A model generated the notes under the pieces. That model saw nothing but the letters and a program-made list of their open reading frames with translations. It was not told the DNA's origin and made no database searches. The translations under genes and the position numbers were made by a program. DNA of 64,000 nt from positions 736,001-800,000 of the forward strand of contig CP182352.1 in the NCBI GenBank assembly GCA_048571215.1, in the 5' to 3' direction. Origin of the DNA: Halarcobacter sp. (lineage in GTDB: Bacteria; Campylobacterota; Campylobacteria; Campylobacterales; Arcobacteraceae). Shown in pieces: positions 31,218 to 39,578 of this stretch (positions are counted from its first letter, which is position 1; the number at the start of each line of letters is the position of its first letter).

Positions 31218-32089
31218 ATTTTATCTTTTGTTTGTTCTTTTATACTAAGATATTGAAAAGCTTCAGTATAGTTTTCTTGCCATAATTTGAAAAATTTTAA
31301 AAGTACAATATCTTTTTGTATTTTGAAAAAATAGTTTTTAAAACTCCATGGTTTTGCACCATTAAAATGTAAAACTTTTATCTTTTTTATATTTTTAGGA
31401 ATAAAATTATTTAACTCTTTTCTTCTATTTAGTAGACAATTGTATGTTATTGGAAGAAAATTTGTATGATTTTCTAAAAGTTTGTTAAATACTATTTGAT
31501 CAGTATATGGTTCTTTTATATTTTGCCAAAATTTATAATCAAGATATTCTAATGTTTTTTTAAAATATATTTGTGAAACAAAATGCTTTGGCAAATATAT
31601 AAGTCCAGCATTAAAAGTTTTGTTTAGATTGTTTTTATCATTTTGATTAAAAACTACATCAAAAGTTGTTTTGTCCCTTGAATATCCTAAATATTGTATA
31701 TATTCAGCACATACAAGTACTTTTTCTTTTTCTTCAAAAATTTCACTTATATTGCTATTAAAAAGTATATCACTATCACAAAATAATATATTGGAGTTTG
31801 TATTTAAATTAAAAAGCTCCAAAGAGTAAAATCTATTTTTTTTATGTTTTAAATTAGGAGATTTAGAAGTTAAGATATCAACAGCTAATTTTAAATTTTT
31901 TGAAATAGAATGAAAAATTATATTTGGGAAGTTTTTAAGTATATTTTGATTTTCTATACTTAGTTGATTATGTAAAATTATGATTTTACCTTTAAACGTT
32001 GAATTAAACTTTAAAAAAGAATGAATCATCACAATACTACCAGTGATAAAGTTGTCACTAGTAACTGTCACAAGAGAAAGTGGATTCAA
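31214..32089 (-). CDS. Glycosyltransferase family 8
   Basis: DSD (DxD), FNAGL, DQIVFN, YN, HFNGAKPW. Confidence 0.85.
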   Translation of the reverse strand: MNPLSLVTVTSDNFITGSIVMIHSFLKFNSTFKGKIIILHNQLSIENQNILKNFPNIIFHSISKNLKLAVDILTSKSPNLKHKKNRFYSLELFNLNTNSNILFCDSDILFNSNISEIFEEKEKVLVCAEYIQYLGYSRDKTTFDVVFNQNDKNNLNKTFNAGLIYLPKHFVSQIYFKKTLEYLDYKFWQNIKEPYTDQIVFNKLLENHTNFLPITYNCLLNRRKELNNFIPKNIKKIKVLHFNGAKPWSFKNYFFKIQKDIVLLKFFKLWQENYTEAFQYLSIKEQTKDKI

Positions 32090-32106
32090 ATTATTTTTGT
32101 TTTATT

Positions 32107-32280
32107 TTAAGAATAATCTGCTATTCCATCAGATTGGCGGCTATTATTTGCATATGTTACAGTTTTTGTTATATCTGAAATTGTACCAAGTGATTTGAAC
32201 TCAGGTGAATGATATTCTTTTAATAGACTTTTATCATTTTGTTCTTTTTTTGCTTCTGTTATATTTTTATTATCTTTCAT
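32107..32280 (-). CDS. Lasso-type RiPP precursor peptide (57 aa)
   Basis: Not in ORF track. Manual translation MKDNKNITEAKKEQNDKSLLKEYHSPEFKSLGTISDITKTVTYANNSRQSDGIADYS*; YxxPxFxxxGxxxxxTx leader; AAGGA RBS; ATGA overlap with PqqD stop. Confidence 0.88.
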   Translation of the reverse strand: MKDNKNITEAKKEQNDKSLLKEYHSPEFKSLGTISDITKTVTYANNSRQSDGIADYS

Positions 32281-32552
32281 TTTATATCCTTTTTAAGTAA
32301 TAAGTTTTTATCATTTAATCTATTTATTAGATTATTAATATCTTCATCTAGTCTTTTTTCTGAAGTATCATAAACCATTAAGAGTTCTTGGATCACTTCT
32401 TCTTGATTTAATCCTTTTTGAAAGAGTTCAATAATCTCAGAACCAACTTTATCTAAAGAAAAATACTCTTCTGTTTGAAGATCTAACAAAATTGTGTCTT
32501 CGTTTAGTTTTTGTATTATTACATCTTCTTTAAAGCTAAGAATTTCTGACAT
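32277..32552 (-). CDS. PqqD-family RiPP recognition element (lasso B1/E-like)
   Basis: 91 aa; ILLDL..EEYFSLDKVGSEIIELF, YD...LDEDI..LI..L...NLL pattern. Confidence 0.88.
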   Translation of the reverse strand: MSEILSFKEDVIIQKLNEDTILLDLQTEEYFSLDKVGSEIIELFQKGLNQEEVIQELLMVYDTSEKRLDEDINNLINRLNDKNLLLKKDIK

Positions 32553-32648
32553 AAAATCCCCTTTTTCTAATAATACTTTTATTTATTTTAAAATTATATT
32601 AAATGATATTATATTATAATATATTATTCTAAATATTATGGAAAAAAT

Positions 32649-34493
32649 ATGAATTCAATTTTTGGAATCTTTACTACTAACTCCAATCTTATAAGAGAAA
32701 ATACAAATGGTAAATTTCATAATAATTTTAAATATTCCATTGAGACATATTTAGATGAAAATATCCTATTAAAAAAAACTTTTCGTAATAAAAAATATAC
32801 TCAAAAATTAATAGAAAAAAATAATATTATCTTAATAGGCAAAATAAGGGTTTATAATAAAAATGAATTAATTAATCAATTTAATTTAAAAAATCAAGAC
32901 TCTTCATCTAATGAATTATTTCTAATAACCCTATATTTAAAACTTGGAAAAGATTTTATAAAGTATCTTAAAGGGCATTGGAGTGTTGCTTTATGGGATA
33001 AAAGTAAAAGAGAATTGTTTTTATCAAGAGATGATTCAATACAAACAAATCTTTATTATTATTGGGATAAAAACTTATTTATTTTTTCAAGTAATCTAAG
33101 AGCTATTTTAGATATTAAGTATATAAATAAAGAATTAAATAAACAGGCGATATATTCTTATAGTGGAATTCCAAATGATAATCAAACTTTATATAAAAAT
33201 ATTTTTGAATTAACTTCATCATCTTTTATTCAAATTGGTTTAAATCAAACTATGAAAATCTCAAATTATGAGTCTTTTAATAAAATAAAAAAAATTGAAT
33301 ATGACACAACTGAACAATATATAAATAAATTTATTAAAGTTTATAACTTTGCAATTGAAAATTGTATTAAAAATTATGATAATATAGCTTCCACCTTAAG
33401 TTCTGGTTTGGATTCAGGTTCAATCACAACATTGGCTTCAAAAATACTTGAAGAGAAACAAAAAAAACTTTACAGTTATAGTTTTGTATCAACTTATGAA
33501 ACAGAAAGTATAAGTAAAAATAGATTTTCTGATGAAACTCAAGGGATAAAAAAAATACTAGCTACTTTAAATAATGTTGAATCAAAAATTTTAAAAAATA
33601 CTAATCTTTCATATGTTGATGCTTTTAATTTAAATTTAGATCTATTAGGACAACCTTTAGGAACTGCTAATATAGATAATTGTCTTAATATGGTATCAGA
33701 ATCAAAAAATGATAACATGGATATTTTGTTGATAGGGCAAAATGGAAATTTCACTATATCTTATCAAGGAGATTATGGATATTATTTAAATAGTTTGTTA
33801 AAAGGTTTTAAGTTTTCTGAGTATTTCAATAATCTTTTTAAAGAAGATAAATATTTAAAGAATTTATATTTACAAATTTCTAATTTAAATTTTATACATC
33901 ATTTAATACATAAAAAACATAAGAAAAAAATTGATAAAACAAGCTTTATAAATAAAAATTATCTTAATTTGAATAAAGTAAGTTCCAATAACCCTGAAAA
34001 AGAGTTTTTAGTTAGGTTAACCATTTTTAAACACCATAAACACTTAATAAAAAATAAATATAAATGGAATGAGTGGGGAGAACTTTTAGGAATTGAAATA
34101 CAAGACCCTACAACCAATATAGACTTAGTAAATTTTTGTTATGGCATACCTGAAAATCAATATATAGACAAATACAATGAAAAACTTTTGATTAAAAATG
34201 CAATGAAAGATTTAATGCCAAAAGAGATTTTATGGGCAAAAAAAAGGGGACAACAATCAGCTGATTTAATTGAAAAATTTAAACAACAAGAGGAACAAAT
34301 AGGGGATAATTTATCTATGATATTTAACTCAACTTTATGTAAAGAGTATCTTGATATTAATGGTTTAGAAAATACTTTTTTAAATTTAAATACTTCTTTA
34401 GATAGGAAAAAACTTTTTGAAAACTGCTATCAATTATTACGTGCATTACATTATGGAATGTTTTTATTAAGACTTGAAAGGAATTGTGTTTGA
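32649..34493 (+). CDS. Asparagine-synthetase-like protein, putative lasso cyclase
   Basis: LSSGLDSGSI ATP-pyrophosphatase loop; lacks N-terminal Cys (MNSIFG); GQNGNFTISY, DPT..DLVNFC.GIP, KRGQQSAD. Confidence 0.82.
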   Translation: MNSIFGIFTTNSNLIRENTNGKFHNNFKYSIETYLDENILLKKTFRNKKYTQKLIEKNNIILIGKIRVYNKNELINQFNLKNQDSSSNELFLITLYLKLGKDFIKYLKGHWSVALWDKSKRELFLSRDDSIQTNLYYYWDKNLFIFSSNLRAILDIKYINKELNKQAIYSYSGIPNDNQTLYKNIFELTSSSFIQIGLNQTMKISNYESFNKIKKIEYDTTEQYINKFIKVYNFAIENCIKNYDNIASTLSSGLDSGSITTLASKILEEKQKKLYSYSFVSTYETESISKNRFSDETQGIKKILATLNNVESKILKNTNLSYVDAFNLNLDLLGQPLGTANIDNCLNMVSESKNDNMDILLIGQNGNFTISYQGDYGYYLNSLLKGFKFSEYFNNLFKEDKYLKNLYLQISNLNFIHHLIHKKHKKKIDKTSFINKNYLNLNKVSSNNPEKEFLVRLTIFKHHKHLIKNKYKWNEWGELLGIEIQDPTTNIDLVNFCYGIPENQYIDKYNEKLLIKNAMKDLMPKEILWAKKRGQQSADLIEKFKQQEEQIGDNLSMIFNSTLCKEYLDINGLENTFLNLNTSLDRKKLFENCYQLLRALHYGMFLLRLERNCV

Positions 34494-35380
34494 ATTATTA
34501 TTATGCTTATAATTTTGTTTTTAAATCAGAACTAGAAATACCAGAGTTAGAAGTTTGTGAAAATAAAGATTATGATGTAGAGATTAGGTTTGACTCAATT
34601 AATTATGATTTTGATAAATTTAAGAAAAATAGAATATGGAAAACAAAAGATAATTATTTTGTATTAAAAGTTAAAAATATAGGTATATTTTTAGTAAAAG
34701 ATGCAAATACAATTATTATAGATTGTTTTGAAAATACAAAAGAAGAAGATTTACGCTTTGTGTTATTGGGTTCTGTTTTTGCTGCTTTATTACAGCAAAA
34801 AAAACTTTTAACTTTGCATGCTGGGTGTGTTAAAGTAGATAACAATAATTGTATTTTATTTATAGGACCATCAGGTTATGGTAAATCAACTTTGACAACT
34901 GCATTTTCTAATTTAGACTATGAAATTCTTTCTGATGATGTTGTAGCTTTAGATATAAAAGAGAAACAAATCAGTATTCCACCTTCATTTCCTAAGCTAA
35001 GACTATGGAAAGATTCTGCAAAACAATTAAAGTTAAACTATGAAAGTTTTTCTACGTCAAGAGTTGGTTTAAAAAAGTATATGATTCCAATTCCTAGATT
35101 TTGTAAAACAAAACTAAATTTAAAAAAAATATATCTTTTAAATGTATATAATAAAGATGAAATTATCTTAGAAGAGTTAAACGGTGCACAAAAAATAAAA
35201 GCTTTGATTGACAATACTTATCGTATTAAATTTTTATCTGGAATGAAACTTATAAAGAATCATAATACTCAGATTTTAAAAGTATGTTCACAAATTGATA
35301 TTGTAAAAATTACTAGACCTTTAAATGTTTTTTTAATTGATGAATTGATTGAAAAGATACAAAAAGATTTATTAAAATGA
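34484..35380 (+). CDS. HPr-kinase-like peptide kinase
   Basis: LHAG, GPSGYGKST Walker A, LSDD. Confidence 0.82.
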   Translation: MCLNYYYAYNFVFKSELEIPELEVCENKDYDVEIRFDSINYDFDKFKKNRIWKTKDNYFVLKVKNIGIFLVKDANTIIIDCFENTKEEDLRFVLLGSVFAALLQQKKLLTLHAGCVKVDNNNCILFIGPSGYGKSTLTTAFSNLDYEILSDDVVALDIKEKQISIPPSFPKLRLWKDSAKQLKLNYESFSTSRVGLKKYMIPIPRFCKTKLNLKKIYLLNVYNKDEIILEELNGAQKIKALIDNTYRIKFLSGMKLIKNHNTQILKVCSQIDIVKITRPLNVFLIDELIEKIQKDLLK

Positions 35381-36204
35381 AAAAGATTTATTGGTTGGCC
35401 TCTTACCCTAAGTCTGGAAATACTTGGTTAAGAGCACTATTAACATCTTATTTTAGCAATGCTGACTTTAATATAAATCAATTGTTGGGAAATAATTTTA
35501 TATCAAGAAATGAATTTGATGATTGGCTTGGTTTAGAATCATCTGATTTAAAAGAGAGTGAAATTACTATGTATCGGCATTATTACTATTTGGATATTGC
35601 TGCAAATCTAGATAAAATAATATTTATAAAAGTTCATGATTTAAACAGATTAACAATAGAAAATAAAGAGTTATTTCCAAACACAATAACAAAAGGAACT
35701 ATCTATCTAGTTAGAAACCCTTTAGATATTGCAGTATCTTATGCACATCACGAAAATTGTAGTTTAGATGAGATTATAAAAAAGATGAATGATACTAATG
35801 CTTTTCTATTGCCCTATACTGAAAAGTTAAAATTATCATTGCCCCAAAAATTATCATCTTGGAATGAACATGTAAAAAATTGGAAAGAAAAAGATAATAT
35901 TAAAATTGTTAGATATGAAGATATGGTTTTAGATACAAAAAATGTTTTTATGGGGATTCTTACATTTATGGGGTTTGAAATTGATGAAAAGAAGATAGAT
36001 AAGGCAGTAGATTTATCAAGTTTTGAGCATCTTAAAAAACAAGAACAAAATTATGGTTTTGTAGAACGATCTGCAGAAGCTAGTTCTTTTTTTAGATCAG
36101 GAAAAATTGGTGAAGGAAGAAAAATCTTAACTAAACAACAAATAAAAAAGATTATTGATAAAAACTATGAAATGGTAGAATATTTTGGGTATTTAAAAGG
36201 TTAA
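35377..36204 (+). CDS. PAPS-dependent aryl/tyrosyl-type sulfotransferase (Sulfotransfer_1)
   Basis: WLASYPKSGNTW, KVH, YLVRNPLDIAVS, RYEDM, FFRSGKIG. Confidence 0.9.
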   Translation: MKKIYWLASYPKSGNTWLRALLTSYFSNADFNINQLLGNNFISRNEFDDWLGLESSDLKESEITMYRHYYYLDIAANLDKIIFIKVHDLNRLTIENKELFPNTITKGTIYLVRNPLDIAVSYAHHENCSLDEIIKKMNDTNAFLLPYTEKLKLSLPQKLSSWNEHVKNWKEKDNIKIVRYEDMVLDTKNVFMGILTFMGFEIDEKKIDKAVDLSSFEHLKKQEQNYGFVERSAEASSFFRSGKIGEGRKILTKQQIKKIIDKNYEMVEYFGYLKG

Positions 36205-36206
36205 TA

Positions 36207-37025
36207 TTGGATAATAAAATTGATAAAATAGAATTTGTTAAGCAGCTTAAAAAAAGTGAATCAAAATTTTTTGTTTCTAGTAGGTTTTTAGATGAAGATA
36301 TGGATTTAGATATTTATTTGAAGTTTTTTTATCCATATTTAAGGTTAGAGCAAATAGAGTCAATATATGGGTTTGCATTACAATTAAGTAGTTTATATGG
36401 GGGACGTTCATATAAAAAAGGAACTTTAGCAACAAAGAAACATTTAAATCAATTAAAAAAGTTGAATATAAATTTTTCATTAACTTTAACTAATCATTAC
36501 TTTAGTGATGAAGCTTTTGAAGAAAGTTTTGAGTTGTTAGAGTATTTACATAAACATGGAAATTCAATTACTGTTACAAATAATAAACTTGTAAAAAAGA
36601 TTAAAGAGTTTTTTCCTTTATTTACTTATAAAGCAAGTTTGATTAAACATCTTGATAGTTTAGAAAAAGTTAATAATGCTTTGAAAATATATGATTATAT
36701 AGTGGTTCCAATGGATAAAAATGATGATGATATTTTTTTAAATTCATTGCCATATAAAGAGAGAATAATTCTTTTTATAAATGCAAATTGTGCTTATAAT
36801 TGTCCTTCAAGAATTTGCTATACTTCAATTAGTAAAAGTTTATCAAATAGACAAGATAGTTCAAATTTTGATTGTTCTATTTATAATATTCCACGCAAAA
36901 ATTTGGGACATATATTTTTCAATCTTAAAAAGTTTGAGAATATGGGATTCTCAAACTTTAAATTAGTTCCTCAATATAGTGAAAAGCTTATTGGTATGGT
37001 AAGAAATTTTTCAAAAAAGAATTAA
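36207..37025 (+). CDS. Cys-rich hypothetical protein, possibly U32-family-like
   Basis: LYGGR, NFSLTLTN, KASLIK, CAYNCPSRIC and a further Cys; TTG start, AAAGG RBS. Confidence 0.45.
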   Translation: MDNKIDKIEFVKQLKKSESKFFVSSRFLDEDMDLDIYLKFFYPYLRLEQIESIYGFALQLSSLYGGRSYKKGTLATKKHLNQLKKLNINFSLTLTNHYFSDEAFEESFELLEYLHKHGNSITVTNNKLVKKIKEFFPLFTYKASLIKHLDSLEKVNNALKIYDYIVVPMDKNDDDIFLNSLPYKERIILFINANCAYNCPSRICYTSISKSLSNRQDSSNFDCSIYNIPRKNLGHIFFNLKKFENMGFSNFKLVPQYSEKLIGMVRNFSKKN

Positions 37026-38044
37026 ATCTTATCTGAAAGATTGATATTTATCCCTTGTTTTAAAAGTTCATCTTGTCTTGGACTTAAATAGTCTAAATAT
37101 GTATTATATTTTTTATAATATTTTCCACTTACATATCTAATCATCTCTTTGAAGTGAAAACTGAATAAAAGTGCATCTATTCTTGCTCTTTCTTTTCCTT
37201 CATCAAATAATAAAATTCCAGGTCTATAGTCAAGTTTTATCTCTTTTGCCCAGTCATATGGAGTTGTTGTTTTTCCATCTGGTGTAGTTATTTTCTCTTT
37301 TGACATAGCATCAAATCTCACTACAGTAACTTTTGATAACTCATCTTGCACATCTTTATTTTTTAGTGTTACATTGTGTAAATAATTACATTGGGTACAA
37401 CTACCATCTTCAAATATAACAGCTAGAGGTCCTTTTATTTTAGAAAGGTCTTTTATATCTTTGAACATTTTATTTGGTTTTAGCGTATAAAGTGTTTTAT
37501 TTTTAACCTTATCTAGATATTCACTTAAATCCATATTTTTATACTCTTCATTTTTTACAAAATCAAGTACAAGTTTGAAGGTTTCTTGTGATCTATAACC
37601 ATTTAGTCTTACTACTACTTCATTTTTTTGGTTTAGGAAGATAATAGTTGGGGTATATTGTACCTTTAGAAAATCGGCATACTCTTTTTCGGTCATTGTT
37701 TTATCTTCATTAACAACAATCTCCCTTGAACCTTTTATATTGATACCAATTACATCAAAGTTATCTTCAATATATTTTTGGTTTTTTGCGCCAACTACAA
37801 AATTATCATTTAACATTTTTGTACAATAGGGACAAAAATCTAAAGACATAAACAACATTACATGTTTGTTAGAGTCTTTTGCTTCTTCTACATCTTCTGC
37901 CAAATCAAGAAAACTCTGCTTGAACCAAGCTGGCATCTCATGTGCCGAACCACCTGTAACTTTCCCCGTTTGGGCTTGAGCATTTGTTATAAAAAGCATA
38001 AGTGTAAAAATGCTTACAAATATTGATACAATCTTTTTTGACAT
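37022..38044 (-). CDS. Periplasmic double thioredoxin-fold protein (SoxW-like)
   Basis: Signal peptide, PAWFKQSFLDL, CPYC, YTPT, second domain CTQC. Confidence 0.8.
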   Translation of the reverse strand: MSKKIVSIFVSIFTLMLFITNAQAQTGKVTGGSAHEMPAWFKQSFLDLAEDVEEAKDSNKHVMLFMSLDFCPYCTKMLNDNFVVGAKNQKYIEDNFDVIGINIKGSREIVVNEDKTMTEKEYADFLKVQYTPTIIFLNQKNEVVVRLNGYRSQETFKLVLDFVKNEEYKNMDLSEYLDKVKNKTLYTLKPNKMFKDIKDLSKIKGPLAVIFEDGSCTQCNYLHNVTLKNKDVQDELSKVTVVRFDAMSKEKITTPDGKTTTPYDWAKEIKLDYRPGILLFDEGKERARIDALLFSFHFKEMIRYVSGKYYKKYNTYLDYLSPRQDELLKQGININLSDKI

Positions 38045-38304
38045 AAGTTTCCTTTATAAAGTTAATTTATAATTTGTATCTAAATATTCATAAGTTTTTA
38101 TTAAAATAAATAAGAATATATATAATTATAAGTTTTTATAAAGAATAAAATAGTAAAAAAAATTTTACTTTTTAATTAATATTTAAGAATAAAATAATTA
38201 AAATATTAAAATCCAAAATTAAGTAAATTCCAAGGTTTGGAATGACAGTTATACATTTACTTGTCTTATTCTGCTTAAAAGGAAAACTATTATTTAAGGT
38301 TTTC

Positions 38305-38856
38305 ATGCATCGAAGCAAAAAAATTTTAATTTTAACTCACTGTATTTTGAATGTTAATGCAAAAGTTTATGGATTGGCTAACTATGAAGGCACTTTTAAT
38401 AAGTTAGTAGAACCTATAATTAATGGTGGATTTGGTTTATTGCAACTTCCTTGTCCTGAAATGATTACTTGTGGGGCTAGACGCTGGGGACAAGTTAAAG
38501 ATCAATATGAAACTACTTTTTTTAAACAAGAATACAAAAAAATCTTAATGCCTATAATTAATCAATTACTTGATTACAAAAATAATAACTACACTATTAG
38601 TGGTGTAATAGGTATTGATGGTAGCCCATCATGTGGTGTAAATAAAACATGTAGAGGTGATTGGGGTGGAGAAATTGATAACTCTTTTAATTTAGAGGAA
38701 AAACTAAATTCATTAAAAGAGGTTAGTGAACCTGGAGTATTTATGGAAGTATTTATTTCACTTTTAGAAGAAAATAATTTAGAATTGCCATTTTTTGCTT
38801 TAGATGAAGAAAATCCAGCTGCTTCAGTGCAGTATATATTAAAGGAACTTATATGA
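38305..38856 (+). CDS. TudS-related (DUF523-like) putative Fe-S desulfidase
   Basis: HCILN, QLPCPE, GIDGSPSCGV, GVFM; AAGGT RBS supports ATG at 38305. Confidence 0.75.
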   Translation: MHRSKKILILTHCILNVNAKVYGLANYEGTFNKLVEPIINGGFGLLQLPCPEMITCGARRWGQVKDQYETTFFKQEYKKILMPIINQLLDYKNNNYTISGVIGIDGSPSCGVNKTCRGDWGGEIDNSFNLEEKLNSLKEVSEPGVFMEVFISLLEENNLELPFFALDEENPAASVQYILKELI

Positions 38857-39578
38857 AAAAATTATTAACAGGTTTGTTATTAATGCTTGGGATTTTGGCT
38901 AATGCACAAGATGATACACTTACTGTTGGTTTGTGTGCTGCTTATCCACCATTTGAGTCAAGAGATGCAAAAAGTGGAGAGATTGTTGGTTTTGATGTTG
39001 ATTTAGCAAAAGAGATAGGTAAAATAATTGGTAAAAAAATTGTTATAAAAGATGCTGAGTGGCAAGCTTTGCTTGGGGGATTGAAAAACAATAATTATAA
39101 TATGATTATAAGTGCAATGAGTCGTCAAGAAGCAGGGGCAAACAATGTTAATTTATCTAATACATATTATCTTTTAAGTGATGTACTTGTTGTAAAAAAA
39201 GATAATAAAGAGATTAAATCTACAAAGGACTTAGTAGACAAAAGAGTTGGTGTTCAATTAGGAAGTGGTAGTGAACAGGTTGTTGATAAGTTAAAAGGAC
39301 TTAAAAAAGTTGCAAGGTATAACTATAACCCTGAGGCATTTTTAGATTTGAAACACAATCGTATTGATGCTGTTGTTGTTGGTTATGCTTATGCATTAAA
39401 TCAAAAAAACTTTAATACAGAATATAAAGTTGTAGGAAAACTTGCACCTTCTGATTTGGTTGTTGTTATGAAAAAAGGTAAAGATAATTTAACTAAACAG
39501 GTAAATAAAGCTTTAGAAACTTTAAAACAAAATGGTACTTATGATAGATTAGTTGAAAAATGGTTGGCAGTCAAATAA
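38853..39578 (+). CDS. Polar amino-acid ABC transporter substrate-binding protein
   Basis: Signal peptide, AYPPFE, GFDVDLA, GTYDRLVEKW. Confidence 0.9.
   Translation: MKKLLTGLLLMLGILANAQDDTLTVGLCAAYPPFESRDAKSGEIVGFDVDLAKEIGKIIGKKIVIKDAEWQALLGGLKNNNYNMIISAMSRQEAGANNVNLSNTYYLLSDVLVVKKDNKEIKSTKDLVDKRVGVQLGSGSEQVVDKLKGLKKVARYNYNPEAFLDLKHNRIDAVVVGYAYALNQKNFNTEYKVVGKLAPSDLVVVMKKGKDNLTKQVNKALETLKQNGTYDRLVEKWLAVK

Larger units (their letters stand above)
26616..37025. other. Accessory island: lasso-type RiPP cluster + tail-collar/sulfotransferase module
   Basis: 14 contiguous non-housekeeping genes in three transcription blocks between pgm and a SoxW-like gene; very AT-rich left flank; no integrase seen. 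Confidence 0.75.

Noticed and set aside
32277..32552. PQQ biosynthesis (pqqD)
   Set aside because: No pqqB/C/E; the adjacent peptide lacks the PqqA ExxxY core and has a lasso leader
32649..34493. Housekeeping asparagine synthetase asnB
   Set aside because: No N-terminal catalytic Cys; RRE/precursor/kinase context
36781..36830. Radical SAM motif
   Set aside because: Spacing is CxxxCxxxxC, not CxxxCxxC, and it lies late in the protein
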